Below, in pieces: positions 35,132 through 44,595 of a DNA stretch of 54,148 nt. A program made the translations under genes and the position numbers. Position 1 is the stretch's first letter. Each line of letters starts with the position of its first letter. Origin of the DNA: a virus (taxonomy: Duplodnaviria > Caudoviricetes); the IMG/VR virus record IMGVR_UViG_3300026907_000021, positions 1-54,148 of that record. One strand, written 5' to 3'. The notes beneath the pieces were generated by a model. It was not told the origin of the DNA, did no database searches, and was given only the letters and a program-made list of their open reading frames with translations.

Positions 35132-36502
35132 ATGAACGCGATATCACGCATTACCAATGCGGCTTCGCGCCGGCTGGATCACATGTTTCAAGGGTTCTTC
35201 ACGAACACAAAACATAATTACGGGAAAGACTTCGGCTATCCCGATGTCCTCACGTTCGATCTGCTCTACCGGATGTATCGCCGCAACGGCATTGCGACGG
35301 CCGCAGTAGACAAAACCGCGCTCAAGACATGGCAGGACACGCCATTCTTGCTTGAACAAGAGCGTGACGGGTCACAGAAGGGCAAGAGCAAGGAAACGGA
35401 ACTAGAGAAGGAAATTCGCCTCAAGTTCGCGTCGATGCGCTTATGGGCCAAGCTGGCCGAAGCTGACCGCAAGGCAATGGTGGGCGGATACTCTGGCGTC
35501 ATCCTGCGATTGAGGGATGGCAAACGGTTCGACCAACCAGTTGATCGCGTGGGCGGCGGTCTCAAAGGTCTCTATCGCATTGATCCCGTATGGGCTGGGC
35601 AGTTGAAGGTTTCCGATTGGAACACTGACACGACCTCGGAAACATACGGTGAGCCGACGATGTACGAGTTCAACGAGGCGAATGTAGCCGACGAGAACCC
35701 GAACAAGCGCAGCCTTCGCATCCATCCTGACAGGGTGTTGATCTGGTCAGACGATGGGACGGTAAACGGACGCTCTCTGCTGGAGCCGGGCTATAACGAT
35801 CTGATCGACCTCGAAAAGATCAAGGGCGCCGGCGGTGAGGGCTTCTGGAAGAACGCCAAGAGCGCTCCGGTGCTGGAAATGCCGGCCGATGTGCGCATCG
35901 CGGAAATGGCGAAGGCCATGGGCGTTACGGTTCAGGACATTGCCGACAAGATGAACGAGCAGGTGGCTGACTTCCAGAAGGGCTTCGACCAGATGCTGAT
36001 GCTGCAGGGCATGCAGGCAAAGACGCTCGGCGTCACCCTGCCGAGCCCGGAACACTTCTTTGCGGCGCCACTCCAATCGTTTGCAGCCTCTGTAACCATG
36101 CCGGTGAAAATACTGGTGGGAATGCAGACAGGGGAGCGCGCCTCGACTGAGGACGCAGACGAATGGAACCAGACCAACATGGCGCGCCGGGTGAACATCA
36201 CTCATCCGAACGTCATGGAGTTTGTCACCAGACTGGTGACATGGGGAATACTGCCGGAGAAGGACTGGTTTCTCGATCAGGCCGACCTCACCGAAAGCTC
36301 GATGTCCGAGAAGGTCGACCGCGCCAACAAGATGGCTGACACCAACCAGAAGATGGGCAACTCGACATACGTCTTCACGGATGACGAAATCCGCGCCGCA
36401 GTCGGTTACGAGCCGCTGACCGACGCCGAGAAATATCGCGACGAGACCGACGACGAGACGCAAGCCGCTCTCGGAAAACCGGCACCAACACAAGAGGAAT
36501 AG
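35132..36502 (+). CDS. Portal protein (DUF1073-like)
   Basis: Size and position after terL; MYRRNGIA, YGEP..Y, IHPDRV, LVGMQTGERAS. Confidence 0.88.
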   Translation: MNAISRITNAASRRLDHMFQGFFTNTKHNYGKDFGYPDVLTFDLLYRMYRRNGIATAAVDKTALKTWQDTPFLLEQERDGSQKGKSKETELEKEIRLKFASMRLWAKLAEADRKAMVGGYSGVILRLRDGKRFDQPVDRVGGGLKGLYRIDPVWAGQLKVSDWNTDTTSETYGEPTMYEFNEANVADENPNKRSLRIHPDRVLIWSDDGTVNGRSLLEPGYNDLIDLEKIKGAGGEGFWKNAKSAPVLEMPADVRIAEMAKAMGVTVQDIADKMNEQVADFQKGFDQMLMLQGMQAKTLGVTLPSPEHFFAAPLQSFAASVTMPVKILVGMQTGERASTEDADEWNQTNMARRVNITHPNVMEFVTRLVTWGILPEKDWFLDQADLTESSMSEKVDRANKMADTNQKMGNSTYVFTDDEIRAAVGYEPLTDAEKYRDETDDETQAALGKPAPTQEE

Positions 36503-36504
36503 TC

Positions 36505-36765
36505 ATGGCTCCGCGGAACCAGTTTCCGTCGCGTGGTTCGCTTGACAGCGCCACCGACGCGTTTTCGATCACGCCCAGTGACGGCGCCGACCTTGCAGAT
36601 ATCCCCCGCGCGATCTGGGTCGGGACCGGCGGCAACGTAGCTCTGGCAATGGCATCAGGCAATGTGACGCTGCAGAATGTCCCTGACGGCACGATGCTCC
36701 CGGTGCGGCCCAGCAGGGTTTTGGCAACCGGCACGACTGCCTCCAACATGGTGGGGCTGCTGTAA
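36505..36765 (+). CDS. Head-spike base protein (RcGTA Rcc01079-like)
   Basis: A..ITPSD..DL...RAIWVG..GNV...G..LPVR..RV.ATGTTA..MVGL. Confidence 0.8.
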   Translation: MAPRNQFPSRGSLDSATDAFSITPSDGADLADIPRAIWVGTGGNVALAMASGNVTLQNVPDGTMLPVRPSRVLATGTTASNMVGLL

Positions 36766-37886
36766 TGGGTAAAACGGTTCGCATCAACATTCGCTCGGTC
36801 GCCAATACAACGTCGATCCGGAAAGAAAAGCGAAACGGCCGCGACGTCGTGATCGTGCCCAGCGCCACGCTGCCCGACAACATCGTGATGAACGGCATCA
36901 TGTACCCGGCCGACGAGATCGAGAAGAGCTTCTCCGGTCTGGAGCGCACGCCGGCGCCGCTAGGTCACCCGACCATCAACGGCAAGTTCGTCTCCGCCAA
37001 AGACCCGGAAGGCATCAACCTGGGATGGATCGGCGCATGGAATGAGAACCTGCGCCGGGAGAATGGCCGGGTGTTTCTCGACAAGGTGATCGACGTGGAA
37101 ATGGCAAGTCGCTCGGAAGGCGGCAAGCGTGTCCTGAACGCGATTGAGAAGGGTGAGCCTGTTCATACCTCGACAGGCCTCTTCGCTCTCCTTGAAGCTG
37201 CAAACGGCGATGTGCCGTACAAGAATATCGCTCGCGAGATCGAGTTCGACCATGACGCTATCCTTCTTGATGAGGATGGCGCGGCAACGCCAGCTGATGG
37301 CGTCGGAATGATGGTCAACTCCAAAGGCGAGCAAGAAGAAATCGAGGTCATTAATTCCGCCGTCGAAGACGCGGATCGTGACCTGGATTGGGCAGTGGAA
37401 CATCTCGCCCGTGCTCTGGACCGTCGGCAAAAGGCTGGCGTTCTGGATCGAATGAAAGCCGCGATACTGGAAGCCCTAGGCTTTTCCGAGCGGGAATCCT
37501 CAACCAATCGAAAGGAAGACGAAATGTCTGTCTCTGATGAGCAGTTCAAGGCGCTTTCCGATGAGGTCAAGACCCTCTCGGAAGGCATGGGAAAGATCGG
37601 TGAAACGATCTCCAACGCTGTGACAGCGGCTCTCAAGCCGGTTCTGGATCAGCATGAAGCGCTGGTCGCCAATCAGAAGGCCAAGGACGAAGCCGAAAAG
37701 GCTGAACTGGTCGAGAAGGTCGTGAAAGCGAACCTGCTCACCGAGGCCGTCGCCAAGGAACTGACGCTGAACGCGCTCAAGGAACTGGCGCCCAAGGCTG
37801 AAGTCGGCAAGGCAACCGGCCTCAATTCCGCATTCAAGGGCGACGGCGATGGCAAGCCGGCCTTCAAGCTTCCGAAGGGAGACTAA
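36765..37886 (+). CDS. Prohead protease/scaffold (DUF2213-like)
   Basis: PLGHP, HTSTGL, FDHDAIL...GA; C-terminal coiled coil. Confidence 0.82.
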   Translation: MGKTVRINIRSVANTTSIRKEKRNGRDVVIVPSATLPDNIVMNGIMYPADEIEKSFSGLERTPAPLGHPTINGKFVSAKDPEGINLGWIGAWNENLRRENGRVFLDKVIDVEMASRSEGGKRVLNAIEKGEPVHTSTGLFALLEAANGDVPYKNIAREIEFDHDAILLDEDGAATPADGVGMMVNSKGEQEEIEVINSAVEDADRDLDWAVEHLARALDRRQKAGVLDRMKAAILEALGFSERESSTNRKEDEMSVSDEQFKALSDEVKTLSEGMGKIGETISNAVTAALKPVLDQHEALVANQKAKDEAEKAELVEKVVKANLLTEAVAKELTLNALKELAPKAEVGKATGLNSAFKGDGDGKPAFKLPKGD

Positions 37887-37889
37887 TCC

Positions 37890-38339
37890 ATGGCCCGCTA
37901 CAACAAGATCTACGCCGGTCCTGTTTCCGAGGTCCTGCCGCAGGTTCAGGAGCGCATCTGCGCTGCTGCTATCCTTCCCGGCACGGCGCTCGTGGAATCC
38001 GGCTCCAGCTTCGCCCAGGCTGGCGCGAACGCTGCAGGCAAAATCTACATCGCGCAGGATAACTACCTGGCGATGAAAGGTGTCGATGACGCAACGCTCG
38101 CCAACGACCGTATCGTCGGCATGGAACCGCTCGATGAGCAGTTCTTCAATGTTCGTGTCCCGACCGGCACCAACGTCACCCGCGGCGCCAACCTGACCAC
38201 CAACAGCTCTGGCAAGTTCGTCCTCGCGACGACTGGTCAGAACGTCAAGATGGTGGCCGAAGAGGCCTACAACAACACGTCTGGCGCAGACCAGCTGGTG
38301 CGAGCCCGCAAGGCTCAGCCCGGCACGGTCCAGGCATAA
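37890..38339 (+). CDS. Head decoration protein
   Basis: Between scaffold and capsid genes; beta-rich. Confidence 0.7.
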   Translation: MARYNKIYAGPVSEVLPQVQERICAAAILPGTALVESGSSFAQAGANAAGKIYIAQDNYLAMKGVDDATLANDRIVGMEPLDEQFFNVRVPTGTNVTRGANLTTNSSGKFVLATTGQNVKMVAEEAYNNTSGADQLVRARKAQPGTVQA

Positions 38340-38351
38340 GGAGAAGTCGAC

Positions 38352-39389
38352 ATGCGCTACTTTGACGAACAGCTCGTCGCCAACTCCCGACCGCATGCGG
38401 AATGGTGGGCTGACGTTTCCATGAACCGCGAGCACTTCCATCAGGTGGAAGATCATATGGCATCGCTCTCGAATGCCGCCGCTATCCTCCCGCGCGATGC
38501 GTGGATCGATATCGACAGCATCACCCGCCGCGTTCTGCGCGACGACGAGGGCGAGGTCTATATGCGCGACCTCATGGCTCTGGCCCGCCCGATCAATATC
38601 GGCAAACTGGTCAGCCTGACGCGCGTTGCTTCGGACTCGGCTAACCCGGTCATCCGCTCGATGTCTGGCCAGACGCCTGTTCCGATCGACAAGGTGACTT
38701 ATGCCTTCCGCGGCACGCCGATCCCGATCTTTCAGGACGGTTATGGTCGCGAATGGCGCGAATGGAATACCATGCAGTCGGAAAACTTCGACGCCCTCGC
38801 AGATGACGAAGAAGCCGCGAACGCCAAGATCAAGAAGGATCAGGCCGATTACGTCCTGAACGGCGATCCCTCAATCGTCTTCCAGGGCTACAACGGTACA
38901 GGCATCCGCAGCAACCCGCTTGCGAAGGCGGTTAACATTGGCCCCTCGGGTGCGAACATCAATCTGGTGACCGCTACTGCAGACCAGATCGACGCGTTCT
39001 TCACTCAAACGCTTGGTGCCATCCTTGATGCCAACCTCGTCACCGGCAAGATCAATGTCTACGTGTCGCCCGAAATCGGCCGCCGCCTTGACATGTCCTA
39101 TTCCGGTTCGTCTGGGTTCAAGGGCGGAACGCTGCTCGCCTACTTGCTGACCAACCGGCGTATCAACAAGATCGAAGTTACCTATCGCCTTTCCGGCAAT
39201 GAGTTCTTCGGCTTCGTTCCCAGCGCCGAGTTTATCCGCCCGCTGATCGGCATGGCCGTCAACACGACTGCGATGCCCCGTCTTTACCCGACCGCCAACT
39301 ATCAATTCCTGAAAATGGGCGCGATGGGTCTGGAAATTCGGGCGGACTTCAACGGTAAAGCTGGCGTCTTCTACAGCACTAACACCTGA
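38352..39389 (+). CDS. Major capsid protein
   Basis: 345 aa, position in head module, downstream hairpin at 39396-39415. Confidence 0.85.
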   Translation: MRYFDEQLVANSRPHAEWWADVSMNREHFHQVEDHMASLSNAAAILPRDAWIDIDSITRRVLRDDEGEVYMRDLMALARPINIGKLVSLTRVASDSANPVIRSMSGQTPVPIDKVTYAFRGTPIPIFQDGYGREWREWNTMQSENFDALADDEEAANAKIKKDQADYVLNGDPSIVFQGYNGTGIRSNPLAKAVNIGPSGANINLVTATADQIDAFFTQTLGAILDANLVTGKINVYVSPEIGRRLDMSYSGSSGFKGGTLLAYLLTNRRINKIEVTYRLSGNEFFGFVPSAEFIRPLIGMAVNTTAMPRLYPTANYQFLKMGAMGLEIRADFNGKAGVFYSTNT

Positions 39390-39449
39390 TCATGAGCCTC
39401 GCTTTCGAGCGGGGCCGACATCATCAACGGCTGTAAGGAGGCCGAACCA

Positions 39450-39812
39450 ATGAAGATTCGTTTGAAGGCGCCGGCTGGTCTCAGCTCCACCGGCATTTAC
39501 GGCAAAGACGGCGAGGAAATGGAAGTCGGCACGGTCCTAAACCTCAAAGAGGAGCCGAAAGGCTGGGTCGGTCGCTATGATATCCTCGACGGTGACGAGG
39601 CCAAGGACAAGGGCGGCGGCAAGACTGCCATCGTCAACCCGGCTGAAGCCAAGGCCCCATTCCAGGCCAAGGACAAGGGCGGCGGCTGGTGGGCCATCTA
39701 TGACGCAGACGGCAAGGAAGTGAAGTCGCTCCGCAAGGATGACGCTGAAATCTTCAATGCCCTGTCCGACGAAGATAAGGCAGCGCACGTCGCCAGCCTG
39801 AAAGCGGAGTAA
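39450..39812 (+). CDS. Hypothetical virion protein
   Basis: RBS aaggagg; internal AKDKGGG duplication. Confidence 0.7.
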   Translation: MKIRLKAPAGLSSTGIYGKDGEEMEVGTVLNLKEEPKGWVGRYDILDGDEAKDKGGGKTAIVNPAEAKAPFQAKDKGGGWWAIYDADGKEVKSLRKDDAEIFNALSDEDKAAHVASLKAE

Positions 39813-39818
39813 CGAAAC

Positions 39819-40310
39819 ATGGCAGGCTATGGTGATGATGGCGGGTTCTCCACTTGGCTATCCGATAACGGGTATTCGCTCCCCGCCGAAGCGCCAGCGC
39901 CTGCCGTTCTCCGCAACCGTGGGAGCCAGTATATCGATGCGGTGTACGGCTCTCGCTTTCTTGGCTCCGTTGTGGACGCCACGCAGGAGCGACAGTGGCC
40001 GCGTGAAGGCGCTATCGTGAATGGCAAGCTGCTGCCTTCCAGTGTGGTGCCGATCGCCGTCATCAACGCCTCCTATCAGGCCGCGTGGCAGGAAGCGACG
40101 AACCCCGGTAGCCTAACTGTGGTCGGTTCGGCATCAGGTGCCGTCGTGCGTGAAAAGGTCGGATCGCTCGAGGTGCAGTACGCCAACGCCCAGAGCGATG
40201 GCACGGCTACCTCAATCACCCCGTTGATTTCTATAGTCGACGGCATGCTGACGCCCTTCCTCAAGGATGAAGACCTGCAGTACATCGGCATCTGGTCTGT
40301 GGGGTGCTAA
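39819..40310 (+). CDS. Head-tail adaptor
   Basis: YID......F.G.....Q...WPR, REKVGSLEVQY. Confidence 0.8.
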   Translation: MAGYGDDGGFSTWLSDNGYSLPAEAPAPAVLRNRGSQYIDAVYGSRFLGSVVDATQERQWPREGAIVNGKLLPSSVVPIAVINASYQAAWQEATNPGSLTVVGSASGAVVREKVGSLEVQYANAQSDGTATSITPLISIVDGMLTPFLKDEDLQYIGIWSVGC

Positions 40311-40667
40311 ATGGCAACCTTCGACTACGCCAGATCCAGAGCGACCGCCGAAAGGCTGATCGCCAAGTTCGGCACAACAGGCGCTATCCGCCGCACAGTC
40401 CAGTCCGGCCCGTCATACGATCCGGTACTGACCGATACGGACTACCCGTGCAAGCTGGTCATCCTTGAGATTGATATCTCGAAGGTTGACGGAACCCTTA
40501 TCCAGCAGGGCGACCGCATGGTTTACGTCTCAACCCAAGGATTGACGATCGAAGTCACCGTGAGTGACAAGCTGGTCATTGCCGGGAAAGAGCATGTGAT
40601 TAAGCAGTGCCGGCCGTTGTCACCGGCAGGGCTGACCGTCTACTATGAACTGATCATCGCGAGCTAG
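40311..40667 (+). CDS. Head closure protein
   Basis: FDY.....A.RLI.KFG, DGTLIQQGD. Confidence 0.75.
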   Translation: MATFDYARSRATAERLIAKFGTTGAIRRTVQSGPSYDPVLTDTDYPCKLVILEIDISKVDGTLIQQGDRMVYVSTQGLTIEVTVSDKLVIAGKEHVIKQCRPLSPAGLTVYYELIIAS

Positions 40668-40675
40668 AGGGCCGA

Positions 40676-41745
40676 ATGGCGTTTCCATCAGAAGTTCAGG
40701 CCATCCTCGATGCGTTGGAGCCGGAGGTCCGCAAGGCGTTTCTTGACGCCATTGGCCGGATTACCTCTCAGGCGCAGTTGCAGACGATTATCGGCCATAT
40801 CCAGAACGGCAATGTAGAGGCTGCTATCGCTGCGCTGCGCGTCGATCCTGTCTTCTTCCAGCCTTTGGACCGGGCATTGTCTGATGCCTATTACAGAGGA
40901 GGAGTGGCGGCGCTGGCCGCACTTCCGAAGATACCAGACCCTTTTCGGGCGGTTCAGCGGTTTTTGGCTTCAATGGAAGACATGACCGCGCCGAACTCTG
41001 GGCAAGATCACACGTCGCAAACCTCATCACCTCCATTGCCGAAGGAGTGAGGCAAGCCGTCCGCGAGACCATCGTGGAAGGCATCTCGCAGAACAGGACG
41101 CCGCAGGCCATCGCGCTTGATTTGGTCGGGCGAAAAAGCAAGGTCACTGGTCTTCGCGAGAACGGCTTGATCGGCCTGACGCCTGCCCAAGCACAAACGA
41201 CGCTCAAGATACGCAATGCGCTGCTCACAGGAGACAGTGAGGGGCTTGGCGACTATCTGGGCATGAAGCTCCGCGACAAGCGCTATACGGCAGTTGTTGA
41301 GGCTGTGCGGCGGAATGGCTGGGATGCTGCGCTAGAGGCATACAACAAGCGCCGGTCGGTCAAGGTCACGAAGGCTGAATTGATTGCCACACTGATGGCT
41401 GATCACAAGTCCCGCGCCTTGCGCTTTCGTGCTGACCTGATCGCAGAAAACGAGACGCTGACCGCGCTTCGTGCAGGTCGACACGAGGGATATCTGCAGC
41501 TTCTCGAAAGCGGCGCGGTATCAGAAGACCAGATCGAGCGGACATGGGATGCGACCGGCGACAAACGCACTAGGCCGGATCACATGGCGATGGAAAACCA
41601 GAAGGTAATCGGCCTGTCGGCGCCATTCGTCGCTCCTGACGGTTCTCGGCTAATGTTCCCCGGCGACACCTCGCTTGGAGCGCCGGCAAAGCAGACCATC
41701 AGATGCCGTTGCTTTGAACGGATCAGGATAAGGTACATCAGGTAA
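40676..41745 (+). CDS. Minor head protein (Mu gpF/SPP1 gp7-like), split by a -1 shift at 40939-40945
   Basis: C-terminal WDATGDKRTRPDH...FPGD...IRCRC; -1 frame open from CCCTTTT, giving a 356-aa fusion. Confidence 0.8.
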
Positions 41746-42167
41746 TGGTGAAGCAAACCCTCTCTGCATCGGTCAGGCAGTTCGCCAACATGACCAAGAT
41801 GCAGATGCGGGACGTGTTTGCCGAGTCCGTGCAGGACGTTGTTGACGCTGCTCAGCTTCCCCGAGACAAGGGCGGAAAGCTGCCTGTCATATCGGGCAAC
41901 CTTCGCAACAGCCTCGCCAGCGGGTTGAATGGCACCATCGGCGCTCCCGATGCCAGCAGCTACGTTGTCACCCTCAGTCAGATGGAATTAGGCGACATCG
42001 CGCAATTCGCGTGGACGGCTCCGTATGCCCGAAGGATCGAGCTAGGATTCTCAGGGACCGACAGCTTGGGCAGGACCTATGAACAGGCTGGCGCGCACTT
42101 TCTGGGATCGGCGGTTGCGCAGTGGCCGCAGTTCGTAACGGCCAACGCAGCAAGGCTGAAAAAATGA
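41745..42167 (+). CDS. HK97 gp10-like neck protein
   Basis: PVISGNLRNS, APYARRIE.G. Confidence 0.78.
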   Translation: MVKQTLSASVRQFANMTKMQMRDVFAESVQDVVDAAQLPRDKGGKLPVISGNLRNSLASGLNGTIGAPDASSYVVTLSQMELGDIAQFAWTAPYARRIELGFSGTDSLGRTYEQAGAHFLGSAVAQWPQFVTANAARLKK

Positions 42168-42556
42168 ACCAGACGAATATCGAGTTGACCCTCGCAACTG
42201 ATTTTGTGGGGGCCGCAGGGACTTGGAAGGTGGCAATTCCGAACGTCTCTTTCGATGGAACAAAGCCTTATCTCAGGTTCGAGATTGTGCGCGTTTCCAG
42301 TCGAGACGCCACCCTGGAAGGGCAAGCGACCATCAACAAAGGCCGGATCGTCGCGACGGTTGTCACCGAGCAGGGAAAGAAGAGCAAAGACGGGAACATG
42401 AAGGCCGACGAGATAGCGGCTCACTACCCCATGGGGCGACGAATACCAATCATCGACGGCGAGATCGTCATCATTGCGCCACCGAATATTCAAGAGGGCT
42501 TCCCTCAAGACGCGGATTGGCGAACGCCAGTCATCATCGACTACGAAGCTTCCTAA
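42164..42556 (+). CDS. Tail terminator protein
   Basis: PNV.F...PYLR...W.TPV.I.Y; before the tube gene. Confidence 0.72.
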   Translation: MNQTNIELTLATDFVGAAGTWKVAIPNVSFDGTKPYLRFEIVRVSSRDATLEGQATINKGRIVATVVTEQGKKSKDGNMKADEIAAHYPMGRRIPIIDGEIVIIAPPNIQEGFPQDADWRTPVIIDYEAS

Positions 42557-42574
42557 CTCTGAAAGGATCAGGGC

Positions 42575-43039
42575 ATGTCTACTTCCGACATCGGCCACAC
42601 GCTGTTTTTCAAGGCAGGTGCACCAGCCACCTTTGACGAGGCCGGCTATGAGGCGCTGTTCACCACCGGTGCAATCAAGGTCAACGGCATTCAGTCCATC
42701 GGCCCGGTCGGCGGCACCAATGCCATCATCGATGTGCCGGATCTGGAAAGCGGCTGGATCATGGGCGCCAAGGGAGCCAAGACCGGCTCTGCCACCGCCA
42801 TCTCCATGCGCGAGATTAAGGGCGATGCAGGGCAGGCGGCTGTGAAAGCGGCGGCCAAGGAAGGCCCGCACAATCTCTACTCGTTCAAGATCGTGGAGCC
42901 AGGCGCCAGCGGCGATGTCGAATACATCACCGGCATCTGCCACGACTGGCAGCGCAATGAGCGCTCCACGACCAGCTATGCCGGATACACGTTCAGCATC
43001 CGTGCGAACTATGACAGCGTCATCGCAGAGGCTCCATGA
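42575..43039 (+). CDS. Major tail tube protein
   Basis: Position; DAGQAAVKAA pattern. Confidence 0.78.
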   Translation: MSTSDIGHTLFFKAGAPATFDEAGYEALFTTGAIKVNGIQSIGPVGGTNAIIDVPDLESGWIMGAKGAKTGSATAISMREIKGDAGQAAVKAAAKEGPHNLYSFKIVEPGASGDVEYITGICHDWQRNERSTTSYAGYTFSIRANYDSVIAEAP

Positions 43040-43476
43040 TGGATTTCAACCAGTTCGATAGCCGCAAGGCATCCGAGAAGCCGCGCGCGCTTCACCTGAA
43101 GCACCCCGGCACGGGCAAGCTGCTCTATGACGGCGATAAGCCTTGCCGCGTTCTTATTCTCGGCATCGAGGGCGCGACGGGCCAGACGTCTATCCTCGAG
43201 AGCCAGCGCGCGCGGATGAAGGAAGACCGATCGGCCGGCGAACCCGTCACCGTCGAATCCATCCATGCCAATCTCGTGAAGGACTTCGCGCCTCTGGTCG
43301 TTGGTTTCGAGAACATCAGTCGAGGCAACAAGGCCGCCAAAGCCCCCGATGACGTTGAATGGTTCTTGACCTTGCAGGTTGTCAACGGCAACCGGGCGCA
43401 GAAATCGTTCGTTGAGCAGGTGAGGGACTTCGCAACCGATCGGGCAGCGATCCTGGGAAACGAGAGCGCCAGCTAG
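43036..43476 (+). CDS. Tail assembly chaperone (gpG-like)
   Basis: Between tube and tape measure; slippery G GGA AAC near 3' end. Confidence 0.8.
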   Translation: MMDFNQFDSRKASEKPRALHLKHPGTGKLLYDGDKPCRVLILGIEGATGQTSILESQRARMKEDRSAGEPVTVESIHANLVKDFAPLVVGFENISRGNKAAKAPDDVEWFLTLQVVNGNRAQKSFVEQVRDFATDRAAILGNESAS

Positions 43477-43823
43477 TCTTAGCTGCCCAGCAACTCGGCT
43501 GGCTGGCATCCACGATCACCAACGAGAAGATGAGCCGGGGGCAGAAATACCTCGTCTCAGGCGTTATGCCGCCGATGCCAGACCTTGAGGCCGGGGAATA
43601 TCTGCTCGAAGCCCTGAAAGAGCTTGGCCCGATCCGCTCGAATGGCATGGGCCTTGGAACACCAGACTGGCAAGAGCTGGTGGCCTTCGCAGCGGCTAAC
43701 GACCTCGAGCTTCAGCCTTGGGAGTTCCGGCTAATCCGAAAGATGGCGTCGGCTTATCTGTCTGGGTTCAATTCGGGCAAGGAGCCTTTGAGCATTCCGC
43801 CGATGGAGCGGGAGGCAGACTAG
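43455..43823 (+). CDS. gpT-like extension made by -1 frameshift at GGGAAAC (43455-43461)
   Basis: -1 frame open from the slip site into ORF 43530-43823. Confidence 0.82.
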   Translation, partial: GKRERQLVLAAQQLGWLASTITNEKMSRGQKYLVSGVMPPMPDLEAGEYLLEALKELGPIRSNGMGLGTPDWQELVAFAAANDLELQPWEFRLIRKMASAYLSGFNSGKEPLSIPPMEREAD

Positions 43824-43923
43824 ATGAAAAGGCGGCTCCGGCCGCCTCAACTGTTTTAGGAGATGGATATGAAACCGTTCTATTTCGAAAACGGCATCCT
43901 CATGATCGAGGAAGTCAAAATCG

Positions 43924-44160
43924 TCACTCGCGATGCGTCACCATTTCAACGATTGAAACGGCTGTTGCTACGACGTCTGGGTCTCGCGCCGATCCGTCCG
44001 ACGTCTTAGCGGTTTGCAGGTCCGAAACACAGCTTTTGCGGAACGCCGCTAGCCATTCCTTCCCCTCTATCCCTTTTTCTTTCTCAACTGCTTCAACCAG
44101 TCTGCGCAAAATGACGGCAGTGGCCTGACCGTTGGCATTGATAAATGTCTGAAGGTCCAT
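43924..44160 (-). CDS. Moron-like hypothetical protein
   Basis: Antisense; RBS aaggag; hairpin at 43830-43848 downstream. Confidence 0.65.
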   Translation of the reverse strand: MDLQTFINANGQATAVILRRLVEAVEKEKGIEGKEWLAAFRKSCVSDLQTAKTSDGSARDPDVVATAVSIVEMVTHRE

Positions 44161-44221
44161 GCGTTACTCCTTTAGCTTGGCGCTAGAAAAGGAGCATGGA
44201 TGCAATCGGGAGTCGAGAGGG

Positions 44222-44533
44222 TTAGTTAGGGTATTTGGTTTGGCAAACAGCTTCGATGTTGCTGAGCAGGACAGTCAAAGCTTTCTCAACCTGCTCCTTC
44301 GCTGCGGACTGATCAGACCATTTCGGGCTGTTCTTGACAGACGGAACATCGAGCTCAGCAAGTTTGAGTTCGATGTTGTTTAAATTCAACCAGCTTTTGA
44401 TTTTGTCGAAATCAATCTGGCGGGCCAAGCAGGCTTGCTTGGATTTCCAGAAGACATCAGCGTCTTTCGCAAAGGCGGGAGAAACAGCTGATGTGGCAAT
44501 TGCAAGCGTAATCGAAGCGCAAATCCTGAACAT
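44222..44533 (-). CDS. Moron-like exported protein
   Basis: Signal peptide MFRICASITLAIATSAVSPAFA; RBS ggagg. Confidence 0.68.
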   Translation of the reverse strand: MFRICASITLAIATSAVSPAFAKDADVFWKSKQACLARQIDFDKIKSWLNLNNIELKLAELDVPSVKNSPKWSDQSAAKEQVEKALTVLLSNIEAVCQTKYPN

Positions 44534-44595
44534 TATTCCTCCCATCGGCTCCAAGTGATGCCGATAACCCCTACATTCACTTCTAAGGTGTGTCT

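Noticed and set aside
35132-36502. Anti-CBASS Acb1 function for the DUF1073-like protein
   Set aside because: Size and position indicate a plain portal; no HxT phosphodiesterase motif pair recognised
39598-39687. 23-bp repeat aggccaaggacaagggcggcggc
   Set aside because: In-frame peptide duplication (AKDKGGG) inside a CDS; no sign of a separate element
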